Shown piece by piece: positions 30,101-39,059 of a DNA stretch of 64,000 nucleotides. The translations under genes and the position numbers were made by a program. This stretch comes from a virus. Below the pieces are notes generated by a model, which was not told the origin of the DNA, ran no database searches, and saw only the letters and a list, made by a program, of their open reading frames with translations. Location of the stretch: positions 11,321 through 75,320 of the IMG/VR virus record IMGVR_UViG_3300006793_000021. One strand, given 5' to 3'. Each line of letters starts with the position of its first letter. Positions within the stretch are counted from its first letter, which is position 1.

Positions 30101-33100
30101 AAGAGTGGGCAAGAACATATACTGACAACATTAGCTTTAATAGACCGGGTGCTTATAAATCAAGACTAGCGGCACGTTACTATGTTAATAATGTAATAGG
30201 ATCACAAGAAGAAGATTTCTACTACTTACGTAACGGTACAGGTTTAAGATTACAAACAATGGAAGGCCTACAAGGCGACCTAAGTCCAGAAAATGCTTAC
30301 GGAACAAGACGTCCAACAGCAGGTGCATATGCATCATTAGATCCAGGCTATGGTCCAGACGATGTAAGAGTTTGGATTAGTGCAAGATCACCGTACATAC
30401 AAAACTGTACAACATTTGGATTTGGTGCAATAGGACAAAAAATTGACGGTGCCCTACACAACGGTGGTAACGACTCAATGGTATCAAATGACTTTACACA
30501 AGTTATTAGTGATGGTATTGGTGCATGGATTACAAACAACGGTAGAGCAGAACTTGTGTCAGTGTTTACATACTATTCACATGTAGGTTATCTTGCAGAG
30601 AACGGCGGACGTATACGTGCAACAAATGGTAACAACTCTTACGGTGCATTTGGATCAGTAGCAGAAGGTACTGACCCAGAAGAAATAGCAGTAACAGGTA
30701 TCATTGATAATAAATTCCAGTATAACGCTACTGTAGCAACTGTTAATACAGATGCAGATCAGTTACTAGCATTAGAATACTCACATGCTGGTAATGACTA
30801 TACTGAAGCAAAACTAGACTTCTTTGGACCAGGTTCAAACGAAGAAACAGTATCAGATGAATTTAGAGACGGTGCAGTTTATCAAGTTGGTATTGGTAAT
30901 ACAGTAAATGTTACAGACGGTGGTAAAGGTTACTTAGTTGTTACTAATACTGCACAAGCAGGTAGTACTACAAGTCTTACAATATCAGCAACAGACGGTA
31001 ACATTAGTTCAGCATACATTGGTATGAGAGTACAAATTGTTGGCGGTGCTGGTGCAGGTTTATTTGGTATAATTGACACATACAATGCAGGTTCTAAAGT
31101 AGCAACTGTTGAAAGAGAAAGCGACGGAGTTGCAGGTTGGGATCATGTACTTCCAGGATTTACTTGGGAAGAACCTAACTCAACTTCAACATATTTGATT
31201 GAACCAGCAGTTTCGTTTACTGCTCCAACTAACACTTCAGGTGATAGTACGCTACCAACATCAACAACTTGGTATGCAAACGAGTTTATTGAAACAGCGG
31301 CTCAATATACAGGAGTTGCTTCTGAAACTGAATCAGACGGTAATGGTGCAACATTTGATGTTACACGTAACGGTAGCAAATACTATGTTACAGTTAATGC
31401 CGCAGGTACAGGTTATGTTAGAAACGCAACTGTAACAATTAAAGGTTCTAACTTAGGTGGCGTAGATATAACACACGATATAACAATAACATTAACATCA
31501 CTTAATGCTAATGGTGCAGTTGTAGACTTTGACTTTATTGGTCAAGGACGCAAAGGATTCTTCCTTGGCGCAGGCGCAGGTAGTAACGGTGCAATTAGTT
31601 ATGATGGTATTACATGGCAGTCACAAAATATTACAGCACCAGGTGCAGGTAATTGGTCAGACATTGCTCAAGGTTTACTTGATGATGGATCAACTACATT
31701 CCACCCAAGCTCAATAATTATTGTTGGTGACGGAACTAACGACATAGCACGTTCCGGAGACGGCGATACTTGGACAGCTGGTACTTTACCAGGTGCAATG
31801 AGTAGTGCAGGTGAAAAGAGTGTTGCATTTGGTAACGTTGACGTTGCAGTTAATAGATACGTTGTTATTTCAGATGATGACAGAGATGTTGCTTATTCAG
31901 AAGATGCAGGTCAAAACTGGACATTAACATCAAGTGCATTATCAGCAGTAGGCTTTGATAGTATTACATACGGAGCAGGATTATATGTTGCTGTACGTTC
32001 AGGAACAACAAGCATAAGTTACTCAACAAATGGTGTTGTTTGGACTGATGTTACTGCACCAGGAACAATATCAGGACCAGTAGTTTGGGGTAACGGACGT
32101 TTTGTTGTAACAGGCGGAACAGTTGGTGTAATGTACAGTTTAGATGGTATTACATGGGCAGATCCAGCATACCCAGGCGGTGCAAACGTAAGTACACTTG
32201 CTGGAACAGAACGTAACTTAGCATATGGACACGGTGTGTTTATTTTAACATCAGATGATACAGACGGAGTTCTTTATTCAGAAGATGCAATAGTTTGGAC
32301 ACTACAATCATTAGGATCTGCTGTAACAGGTGGATTTAATGCAGTTGCATTTGGTAACCCTGAGAAGATGGGAGTGTTTAGTATACTTCCTAATGCTACA
32401 GGTACAAGTGCAAAATACGCTAAGATTGGTGCTAGAACAAAAGCAAGAGCAGGTTTAGCAAATGAACAAATATTTGAGTTTAGAATTTATGAACCAGGTT
32501 CAGGCTACACAAGCGCACCAACTATTACTGTAACAGATCCAAATAACATTGAAGATGTTACACCAGTAGTAAGATTAGGAACAGGAGTACTTGGACAACC
32601 AACATTTATTAATAGAGGTAGTGGCTTTACAACTGCAACTGCATCAATTGATGCATTAAACAGTAACGGTAATGCAGACTTCTTACAAAGTGGATCGTAT
32701 ATTGCTGTAAGAAGACTTACTGCAAGACCAGTTAACGGATCTAATGTTGAGTTTGCAGGACTTCCAGGACAATTCTTTAAGTTGGTTAGTACAGTATCGT
32801 TTATTGGTAGTAATGATGGATCGTATACAACGTTCTTACAAGTTTCACCAGCAATAACTACAGCAAATATTCCATCAGATGGAGATGCTGTAAATATGCG
32901 TATCAGATTTAGTCAAGTACGTCTAACAGGACATGACTTCCTAGATATTGGTACAGGTAACTTTGCAGATACTAACTATCCAGGTGTACCAGTTAACGTA
33001 CCTAACCAGGATAGAGAAACACAAGATGCTAATGGTGGTAGAGTGTTCTACACAGCAACTGACCAAGACGGTAACTTTAGAGTTGGTGACTTGTTTAGTG

Positions 33101-33474
33101 TTGAACAGGCAACTGGTGTTGCAACATTGAACGCTGAAGCGTTTAACATTGCAGGTCTACAAGAACTATCATTGGGTGAAGTTACACTAGGTGGTAACTC
33201 AGCAAGTATTACTGAATTTAGTACAGATCCATTCTTTACTGCAAACAGTGATACGATTGTTCCAACACAGCGAGCGATTAAGGCATACATTGAATCACAA
33301 ATTGGTGGTGGTGGTGCTACGCTAGTTGTTAACAGTGTTACAGCAGGTGATATATTCATAGGCGGAACACAAATTACAACAGTGTCAGGTAGCCCAATAA
33401 CAATTAAAGCGAACATTGTGTTCAGTGGTACAGTGCTAGGATATCCTCTAGCATGGAATTATTACCAGAGATAA
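24178..33474 (+). CDS. Giant fiber/adhesin-like structural protein (3098 aa), paralog of 18630..24125 with extra helical repeats and a cupredoxin-like insert
   Basis: Same MAEFKL.R..WKG.W start and C-terminal blocks; eight KCxRDxG-type repeats; HPF...YYCHNHNNM motif; TAAATA at 24149-24154. Confidence 0.8.
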   Translation: MAEFKLGRIRFVWKGTWSTGRTYYQDDVVTVGGRMYICTIGHESDADFYNDFDIVPPKWNLVSDGQAWKGNWSPNTAYIYNDIVKYGSGLYIANTNHTSANTTGTGSFAVTIETNASAPGNNVFVVDGVQYPNLQLTAGYTYTFVQDDESNDTHPFLFSETKHGTHNGGTTYETGVTYYLDGAVVADKATYVGGFDAATTRKIVIAVTGATPDPLYYYCHNHNNMAIDAEIDIQLVGLENDESKWDTFTNGITWKGDWQTGFGYKVNDIVKYGGSSYVCNTAHTSGSLSDGLEVDQAKWDYLNQGIEYKSQWITGTRYKVNDVVRYGASLWIATAQHTGSASFGTDSANWEKFVEGFQYEGEWDAYKDYQPGDIVQYGGYQYIAKTDHIGEFPSTSTVNWDLFSEGFKFQDEWGADSTAQEYRVGDVVRYGGFTYLCILDHTNQEPPNATYWKKFTSGLNWRAVWADDVEYKVGDVARYGDNSYICINGHLSDGDSAGSAGFAINSRPDQDTGGVYWQVIAVGTEQSVLTTKGDLVYYSGSAPTRLPIGEDGQILTVNSEGLPNWEFIGETDDVYYVAGHGKDSPAPIYGKTIDRPFKTIRYAAHQIERGAKNPNAAKLLELNRRFIQREIVEFTDNQITNNVAPFTSSFAYVAEKCERDMGLIVDAVIWDIKHGGNELTWDAMYEYVKNATNFYTLGQEAETVASINYGVTVMTAVLNQTAPAVNYQTLNGDNSTAIVAQHTDASLSAETVIDHITANVKMITDAITASNPNQVLPKKIVPTTLIKVSTGYYYEVLPIIVPAECCIMGDELRATNVQPRKATNATLTPKQDIPFSFEGLSRVEEVVADIVEGVAVSKTTANALTQDQTWPYAETDVVGPQVQKLARTIRRQIDSSTGTKVEAIYTPIYEMTDPNFGRSRDLFLQNKAFIQAEIIAYIEENYPGLSYSKTKCKNDVGLIMDNVAYDLTYGGNWMSVEAGKAYFNGNTNTLQINSTEKTATLAAYAQLKSLLQTVGRNIVVNPTSQTPDDAADVSTVAVPQIAGTGGSVAVSTEIGNLLDDVIYTIDNGYDNAPAITYPTIPATSDAQLVQTQTTTDLLGIQTGTIDFISKNFGSFKYNSATCRRDLTNIITDVAYDVALGTNYNGVFSGIAYQRPTNSYNLTSQRIETIGALRFARDELKADITDATAEARMVAAFNEIVDIIDNGLAAADANVYPTPSSLPTTNADDAFADLNANIAFIKAEINAWIDDQVLLNTTTTPDPNSIWFNFTYDATKCARDVGYIIEAMKYDILYGGTMGASRIAESYFGIYGDTYPAGQTAQTAAAYDRLATVLDQIAREASVTKSSGNALNQTQLGSAATSTEGNALLANMQIIEDVLTAGNANGMPAVVYPDLASLGVSATLQTEKGAMDTARAQTILDVIQYISDTYNDFNYNHAKCSRDVGLIITAFVYDYALNTNYASMFAAQSYLRAPSKNVVNDQKTASIAAFEFARTKVLESVVTAGGFAPAVQAVNNTWEWIDDTIFNATAEGGKSNSDQEVWNAVRHLELNKEFIVEEVVAHVDDWFKIAVSKTDQASSVLTVADTSWLKANQKVLAQNMDDSADAVTDANLAVSTTYYVKDILSDTTLTLSATPGGSAVALYDTDSIVVQLDEGKLRNDMSDIVEGIAFDAVLNTNYNQVALGLDFVTGDNASITALGKTQIAAGISYAKGLVAGIKEFRTNATYLSRSNAGFDEVTDIVNNGAGNANALTFTGTNNAVDQVANNEAFIATEVLEWINQNYNSIYTAMDTTQFTTEIGYIVDALRYDLLNGGNSATHRLATRYFTSTEFKANLGNNATASGLAFNYLQSFIDNIVLDNTAGWSKLSGGTQDTSASAGTATQATTAQALVGIIESVAGGNAAGVKNYPTMTLASATSVSNVIAHASKIGVKAVRSVSNTYRASFELKADYAYNKTLCKRDVREYIEAMKWDMTNTQEWARTYTDNISFNRPGAYKSRLAARYYVNNVIGSQEEDFYYLRNGTGLRLQTMEGLQGDLSPENAYGTRRPTAGAYASLDPGYGPDDVRVWISARSPYIQNCTTFGFGAIGQKIDGALHNGGNDSMVSNDFTQVISDGIGAWITNNGRAELVSVFTYYSHVGYLAENGGRIRATNGNNSYGAFGSVAEGTDPEEIAVTGIIDNKFQYNATVATVNTDADQLLALEYSHAGNDYTEAKLDFFGPGSNEETVSDEFRDGAVYQVGIGNTVNVTDGGKGYLVVTNTAQAGSTTSLTISATDGNISSAYIGMRVQIVGGAGAGLFGIIDTYNAGSKVATVERESDGVAGWDHVLPGFTWEEPNSTSTYLIEPAVSFTAPTNTSGDSTLPTSTTWYANEFIETAAQYTGVASETESDGNGATFDVTRNGSKYYVTVNAAGTGYVRNATVTIKGSNLGGVDITHDITITLTSLNANGAVVDFDFIGQGRKGFFLGAGAGSNGAISYDGITWQSQNITAPGAGNWSDIAQGLLDDGSTTFHPSSIIIVGDGTNDIARSGDGDTWTAGTLPGAMSSAGEKSVAFGNVDVAVNRYVVISDDDRDVAYSEDAGQNWTLTSSALSAVGFDSITYGAGLYVAVRSGTTSISYSTNGVVWTDVTAPGTISGPVVWGNGRFVVTGGTVGVMYSLDGITWADPAYPGGANVSTLAGTERNLAYGHGVFILTSDDTDGVLYSEDAIVWTLQSLGSAVTGGFNAVAFGNPEKMGVFSILPNATGTSAKYAKIGARTKARAGLANEQIFEFRIYEPGSGYTSAPTITVTDPNNIEDVTPVVRLGTGVLGQPTFINRGSGFTTATASIDALNSNGNADFLQSGSYIAVRRLTARPVNGSNVEFAGLPGQFFKLVSTVSFIGSNDGSYTTFLQVSPAITTANIPSDGDAVNMRIRFSQVRLTGHDFLDIGTGNFADTNYPGVPVNVPNQDRETQDANGGRVFYTATDQDGNFRVGDLFSVEQATGVATLNAEAFNIAGLQELSLGEVTLGGNSASITEFSTDPFFTANSDTIVPTQRAIKAYIESQIGGGGATLVVNSVTAGDIFIGGTQITTVSGSPITIKANIVFSGTVLGYPLAWNYYQR

Positions 33475-33541
33475 CAGTAACGGATAAATATTAGTAAGAT
33501 AAAATGTTGAAATATCTAGCATATAACAGGAGATTAAGATA

Positions 33542-33868
33542 ATGGCAAACGGAGTACTAGGATCAGCGGATTTAGCCGCGACAACGTATACTAACATATA
33601 CGATGTACCCGATGGAAACTTTTCTGTAGTGTCGGTTAGCATTTGTAATAAAAATGCAACATCGATTACAGTAAGGCTTGCATTGGCAAAACCAGGGCAG
33701 TCACTACCACAGGCAGATGACTATATAGAATACGAAACAGAGATATTACCAAATGGTGTACTTGAAAGAACAGGTGTTGTTCTTGAAGCAGACCGTAAAG
33801 TATTTGCTCGTTCGTCAGCAACACAGACAACTGTAGTAGTTTACGGTATAGAAACAGCAACAGTATAA
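33542..33868 (+). CDS. Small structural protein (family of 6188 and 17912)
   Basis: IY.VP...SVVSVSICN ... ILPNGVLERTGVVL pattern; SD AGGAG; TAAATA at 33485-33490. Confidence 0.72.
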   Translation: MANGVLGSADLAATTYTNIYDVPDGNFSVVSVSICNKNATSITVRLALAKPGQSLPQADDYIEYETEILPNGVLERTGVVLEADRKVFARSSATQTTVVVYGIETATV

Positions 33869-33879
33869 GGAAATAGATT

Positions 33880-34788
33880 ATGGCTAGAAGAATTTCAACA
33901 GGAAAACTAGGAAGACCAATACTAGGAAACATTAGTGTTGAAGATAGCACTTTTGGTTCAGTGATAGCCAATGCAGATGTTGTTTTAGAACCTAACGGTA
34001 CAGGTATTGCTCGTTCTACAAAAGACTTTAGAGTAGATAGTGCAAACTCTTTACGTTTAGGAGACAGTGATAACACTAACTACGTTGCTTTTAAATCTCC
34101 AGCGGCAGTAGCTAGTAATGTTACATGGACGTTGCCAGGCGCAGACGGAACAGCAAACTATCTATTAGCAACAGACGGATCAGGAACATTAAGTTGGGCT
34201 TCACCGTCATTGGCACTAGCAAGTGATACAGCAAGTGGTAACATCAATGTTGTACTTACAGCTGATGCAGGATCAAGTTTTTCAAACGCAAAACGTTCAT
34301 CAAGAATACAGTTTGCACCCAACTCAGGTAATTTAACAATTACTGGTGAGCTAGGTGGAGCAACTGGTAACTTTAGTGGAACAGTCACAGCAGGCGGATT
34401 TGCAACTACAGGTGGTGCAAGTTTTGGTAGTGATTTAACAATTACAGGAACATTAACAGCAGGTACAGTTGCGTCAACAGGCGACATTACAGCGGCTGGC
34501 GATATTACTTCTAACTCAGATATTAGATTGAAATCTAATATTATTGGTATCAAAGATGCTTTAGCAAAAGTATTAAAATTAAATGGTAAACAATATACAA
34601 TGAATGGCAAGGACAATCAAATTGGTTTGCTTGCACAAGAAGTTGAAGAAGTATTACCACAAATGGTTCATACAGCAAACGATGATATGGGTACTAAAGC
34701 AATTAACTACCAAAACATGGTAGCACTACTAGTTGAAGCTGTAAAAGAATTACAGCAGGAAATAAAAGGTTTAAAGGGGACAGCATAA
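33880..34788 (+). CDS. Tail fiber protein with C-terminal intramolecular chaperone (Peptidase S74)
   Basis: SDIRLKSNI cleavage motif, IGLLAQEVEEVLP, INYQNMVALLVEAVKEL; TWTLPGADG...LATDGSGTLSW fiber motif. Confidence 0.88.
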   Translation: MARRISTGKLGRPILGNISVEDSTFGSVIANADVVLEPNGTGIARSTKDFRVDSANSLRLGDSDNTNYVAFKSPAAVASNVTWTLPGADGTANYLLATDGSGTLSWASPSLALASDTASGNINVVLTADAGSSFSNAKRSSRIQFAPNSGNLTITGELGGATGNFSGTVTAGGFATTGGASFGSDLTITGTLTAGTVASTGDITAAGDITSNSDIRLKSNIIGIKDALAKVLKLNGKQYTMNGKDNQIGLLAQEVEEVLPQMVHTANDDMGTKAINYQNMVALLVEAVKELQQEIKGLKGTA

Positions 34789-35931
34789 ATGGCTTTCTTT
34801 GTAGGAGCAACTGAAGTAGTTCCAGTACCACCCGGAAATGATTCCACTCGCGGAGGAGAATTAATGTCCGATGGCGATGGAACAGCATTCTGGGGATATA
34901 TGGGTGCGGCAAGCGGCGATCCGGCAGCAGTTGACACAGGTCAATGGCGATATAGATCTATATATACACATGGATACTTAGCGGCTGGCTACAAAGGTTC
35001 CAATCCTTGGAGAAGTGTTAATAAAACTTGGCACAATACAGATACAACATTATACTGCGGCGAGCAGTTAGCAAGTACACAAGCATATACAAACGGTGTA
35101 TGGAGTGATCATCATGCATATGTAATGACTGGTGGTGGCTTTAGTGGTACTAGTTCAGCAATATCAAGTTATAGTTTAGCAAATGGTTCGATTAGAATGT
35201 TTACATCAGATGGATTTTCATCTAGTGGTGTTAGCTACGGCTATGTAGGAAATGATCCAAAGAATGAAGGACTAGGTTATGGTACATCAGGATATGGTAA
35301 CCACGTAGGTGGTATGAGAATGCACGTTAACCGTTATGACTTTCCTGCGGCAAATGACATTAAAGGTCAAAGTGGTTGGATTAACGGCGGCGGCAGTGCA
35401 GATACATCACGTATGCACTTTCCAACAGAAGTTATGTACAGTGGATGGAATTCAGGTACAGATGGATACGGCTGTGGCGGGCATGGAGAAAACAGAGGAT
35501 ACTTTGCTTGGACATCTACTTATAGATACGTGACATGGGCAAACTCAACATGGTCAGGAACAGGATCATGGGGTGGATATAGTAAAGACAGACATTGTAA
35601 AATACAATCAACAAAATGGGGACACCATTATATTGGTACAGGTAACAATGTTACAGCTGGTAAAGCAAGATTTAGTGATGCAACAGGTTCAACTGTAGCA
35701 AACTTTAACAAAGTAAGAAGTTACGGAGAAGATAATTCAGAAGACGGTCAAGATCATGGATATATTATGGGACACTTTGACGGTCAACAAAATAACCACA
35801 CTATTAAACAAACACACTCAAGTGATTCAGAAGTAACTATGGGCGCAGGGTGTATGCCTAAAGGACATTATGGACAAAGTTCCGGAGCATGTTCAACAGG
35901 TGCGGCAAGTATTTTAGGGGGTGTAGGCTAA
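34789..35931 (+). CDS. Gly/aromatic-rich beta-propeller-like fiber protein, paralog 1 of 3
   Basis: WRYRSIYTHGYLAAGYKGS, MHFPTEVMY, GH.DGQQNNHT and MPKGHYGQSSGACS blocks shared by the three tandem genes. Confidence 0.75.
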   Translation: MAFFVGATEVVPVPPGNDSTRGGELMSDGDGTAFWGYMGAASGDPAAVDTGQWRYRSIYTHGYLAAGYKGSNPWRSVNKTWHNTDTTLYCGEQLASTQAYTNGVWSDHHAYVMTGGGFSGTSSAISSYSLANGSIRMFTSDGFSSSGVSYGYVGNDPKNEGLGYGTSGYGNHVGGMRMHVNRYDFPAANDIKGQSGWINGGGSADTSRMHFPTEVMYSGWNSGTDGYGCGGHGENRGYFAWTSTYRYVTWANSTWSGTGSWGGYSKDRHCKIQSTKWGHHYIGTGNNVTAGKARFSDATGSTVANFNKVRSYGEDNSEDGQDHGYIMGHFDGQQNNHTIKQTHSSDSEVTMGAGCMPKGHYGQSSGACSTGAASILGGVG

Positions 35932-37085
35932 TGGCATTTAAAATAGGAAATACAGAATTAGAATTTTTACCACAAGGTAGTGATAGTTCACGTGGTGCAA
36001 AACTTATTTCAAATGGATCAGATGGTTCGTTTTGGGGATATATGGGCTATACAGGCGCAGGCTCTGTACAAGGCGGCGGAGCATGGAGATATAGATCTAT
36101 ATACACACATGGTTATTTGGCCGCAGGGTACAAAGGTTCTAACCCATGGCGTTCAGTAAACAAAACATGGCATGCTACAGATAGTACTTTGTACTGTGGA
36201 GAACAAATTTCAGGACCTCAATCATACTGTGACGGTTTTTATTCAGACTATAATGGTTATATTCAAGCAGGTCCTACAGGTAGAGCATTTAACGCTGGTG
36301 GCGATTGGATGGCAAGTTACGGATTAGCAAACGGTACTATACGTATGTTTACAGCAGATGGTTTTTCATCAGCTGGACTGAGTTACGGTTATCAGGGTAA
36401 CGATCCAAAGAATGAAGGCTTAACATACGGTAGTGGTGGTTTTACAAATCACGTAGGTGGTATGAGATTAAGTACATCAATAGTTGATGCGGCAGGAACA
36501 CAAGACATTAAAGGTCAAGGTGGTTGGATGAATGGTGGTGGTACTAGTACAACACACCGTATGCATTTTCCAACAGAGGTTATGTATACTGGATGGGATA
36601 GTGGTAACTCAGGAAGAGGTACAGCGGCCGCAGGCGAAAGTCGTGGTTATTTCCAATGGTCCGGCACTAACTACAAATATGTAACTTGGAGTAACAGCAC
36701 TTGGACATCTAACTGGCCACAAGGCGGCGGCTGGGGTAAAGATAACCACTGTAAAATACAATCAACAAAATGGGGTCATCATTACATCGGTACAGGAAAT
36801 AATGTTACATCAGGTAAAGCACGTTTCAGCGATGCTACTGGTGCTACGTTAGCAAACTTTAGTAAAGTTAGATCCTATGGCGAAGACAATCCAATGGACG
36901 GACAAGATTGGGGTTACATCATGGGACACTATGATGGACAGCAAAACAATCATACTATTAAACAAACACACTCAAGTGATTCAGAAGTAACACTTGGAGC
37001 GAATGCAATGCCTAAAGGACACTATGGACAGAGTTCCGGAGCGTGTTCAACAGCGGCGGCAACGGTTATCGGAGGAGGAATGTAA
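35931..37085 (+). CDS. Gly/aromatic-rich beta-propeller-like fiber protein, paralog 2 of 3
   Basis: Likely start MAFKIG at 35931 (TAATG coupling), matching the MAFF starts of its paralogs. Confidence 0.75.
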   Translation: MAFKIGNTELEFLPQGSDSSRGAKLISNGSDGSFWGYMGYTGAGSVQGGGAWRYRSIYTHGYLAAGYKGSNPWRSVNKTWHATDSTLYCGEQISGPQSYCDGFYSDYNGYIQAGPTGRAFNAGGDWMASYGLANGTIRMFTADGFSSAGLSYGYQGNDPKNEGLTYGSGGFTNHVGGMRLSTSIVDAAGTQDIKGQGGWMNGGGTSTTHRMHFPTEVMYTGWDSGNSGRGTAAAGESRGYFQWSGTNYKYVTWSNSTWTSNWPQGGGWGKDNHCKIQSTKWGHHYIGTGNNVTSGKARFSDATGATLANFSKVRSYGEDNPMDGQDWGYIMGHYDGQQNNHTIKQTHSSDSEVTLGANAMPKGHYGQSSGACSTAAATVIGGGM

Positions 37086-38230
37086 TGGCGTTTTTCTTAG
37101 GAGCAAATGAAGTAAAACCGGTACCACCGACTAGTACAGCAGATACAGGTGCAAAACTTATTTCAGACGGTAGCACAGGTGCAGGTTGGGGATATATGGG
37201 AGGCGGCTTCACACAGTTAGATAATAACCAGTGGAGATATAGATCTATATATACACACGGATACTTAGCAGGTGGTTATAAAGGTTCAACTCCGTGGCGC
37301 TCAGTAAATAAAATTTGGCACAATACAGATACTACTGTTTATTGTGGAGAACAACTTTCTAACTTTTGTGCATATACAAATGGCTTTTGGAGCGATTATC
37401 ATGCATATATTTGTTCAACTAACGGTTACAATAATGCACACGATCAAATTTGTTCATACAGTTTAACAAACGGATCAATTAGAATGTTTACATCAGATGG
37501 TTTTTCATCATCTGGAATTGGTTATGGTTACGTAGGTAATGATCCTAAAAACCAAGGACTAGGTTATGGTACAGCAGGTTTTGGTAACCACGTAGGTGGT
37601 ATGAAAATGAATGTAAACAGAGTTGATGCACTTGCATGTGAAGATATCAAAGGCCAAAGTGGTTGGATATCAGGCGGTGGTGATACAAGTACTAACCGTA
37701 TGCACTTCCCAACAGAAGTTATGTATACTGGTTGGGATTCAGGAATGTCCGGGCGTGGAGATGCAGTTAGTGGTGAAAATCGCGGTTACTTTAATGGTAA
37801 CGGTAACCAGTATAAGTACGTTACTTGGGCAACAACAACATGGACAAACGGTTGGGACCAGGGTGGCAACTATGGTAAGACAAGTTACCAAACTAAGAAC
37901 TTAGGTTCTAAATGGGGACATCTTTACGCATTTACAGGTAACAATGTTACATCAGGTATTGCAAGATTTAGTGACGCAACCGGCGCCACATTAGCAAACT
38001 TCAGTAAGGTTAGATCTTATGGAGAAGAAAACTCCATGGAAGGTCAGGACTGGGGATACGTAATGGGTCATTACGATGGCCAACAAAACAATCATACAGT
38101 AAAACAATCATATAGCAGTGATAGTCAGACTACAATGGGAGCGGCGGCAATGCCTAAAGGGCATTACGGTCAAAGCTCAGGAGCATGTAGCACTGGAGCT
38201 GCCACAGTTATAGCGGGAGCAGGATTCTAA
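37085..38230 (+). CDS. Gly/aromatic-rich beta-propeller-like fiber protein, paralog 3 of 3
   Basis: Likely start MAFFLG at 37085 (TAATG coupling); same conserved blocks. Confidence 0.75.
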   Translation: MAFFLGANEVKPVPPTSTADTGAKLISDGSTGAGWGYMGGGFTQLDNNQWRYRSIYTHGYLAGGYKGSTPWRSVNKIWHNTDTTVYCGEQLSNFCAYTNGFWSDYHAYICSTNGYNNAHDQICSYSLTNGSIRMFTSDGFSSSGIGYGYVGNDPKNQGLGYGTAGFGNHVGGMKMNVNRVDALACEDIKGQSGWISGGGDTSTNRMHFPTEVMYTGWDSGMSGRGDAVSGENRGYFNGNGNQYKYVTWATTTWTNGWDQGGNYGKTSYQTKNLGSKWGHLYAFTGNNVTSGIARFSDATGATLANFSKVRSYGEENSMEGQDWGYVMGHYDGQQNNHTVKQSYSSDSQTTMGAAAMPKGHYGQSSGACSTGAATVIAGAGF

Positions 38231-38231
38231 A

Positions 38232-39059
38232 ATGAAATATATAATTACAAAGACAGAAGCGATGAGACCATATTTTGGTATGTCTGAAAACGATCCAAAC
38301 ATGTACTGCAAAGACATGTACACCTTATTTGATTTAAGTTGTGTAGAAATTGCAGAACCTTTATTTGATACAATATATCCAACTATACCAGCAGGTTACG
38401 AAGAAGTATCAGCAACTGAAGCTAAGTACGGAACGTTGTTTTTCTCAGAAGTAAGAGATACTGTTAAGATTTGGAATAACGAATATGGATGGGCAGAAAC
38501 TGCTGATATTCCAGAAGAGCAAAAAGTTCCTTTTACACTTACTCCCGAGATTAAGGAAATGATACGTACATTTATGTACCGCTTTGCAAAAGAAATTATT
38601 GAAACAGAATACAATTATAGATTCCGCCACTTGCATAATACTACTGAATTAGAAAAAGCAAGTTGGGAAATACAAAAGCACGAAGCTCGTGAATGGTTAA
38701 CTTACGCTGACGATCCTGCACACGTAACACCATTCCTTGATTATCTTGCTGTACAAAGATCAATGGATAAAACTACTCTTGCAAATAAAATTTTAGAAAA
38801 GTCTGAACAGTATCAAGATAACTTATCTACTATGCTAGTTGAATACCAATCACTAATTAAGCAGTTTAAAAACTCAGGAAGTATTTGGGATATAAACATA
38901 TTATACGAAAAATACCTTGGTATTATGATGCCAGCGGCACAAGCTATGTCATTAGGACTTATGGATGTAGGCGGTGTACGTATATTTGAAGACCCAGATA
39001 CTGGTGAAACAATGGTAGATCAAAACAATCCTAAATTTGGTAACAAGCTCAATTTCTAA
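38232..39059 (+). CDS. Tail-fiber-associated (assembly chaperone-like) protein
   Basis: E..SW..Q..EA..W...TPFLD.LA..R.....LA.KIL.K motif, of a type found next to phage fiber genes. Confidence 0.55.
   Translation: MKYIITKTEAMRPYFGMSENDPNMYCKDMYTLFDLSCVEIAEPLFDTIYPTIPAGYEEVSATEAKYGTLFFSEVRDTVKIWNNEYGWAETADIPEEQKVPFTLTPEIKEMIRTFMYRFAKEIIETEYNYRFRHLHNTTELEKASWEIQKHEAREWLTYADDPAHVTPFLDYLAVQRSMDKTTLANKILEKSEQYQDNLSTMLVEYQSLIKQFKNSGSIWDINILYEKYLGIMMPAAQAMSLGLMDVGGVRIFEDPDTGETMVDQNNPKFGNKLNF

Noticed and set aside
35889-35930. Upstream starts for paralogs 2 and 3 (35889, 37043)
   Set aside because: Out-of-frame read of the previous gene's conserved end; MAF starts at TAATG junctions match paralog 1
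34789-38230. Diversity-generating retroelement acting on the triplet genes
   Set aside because: No reverse transcriptase in the window, and paralog differences are not adenine-specific TR/VR pairs
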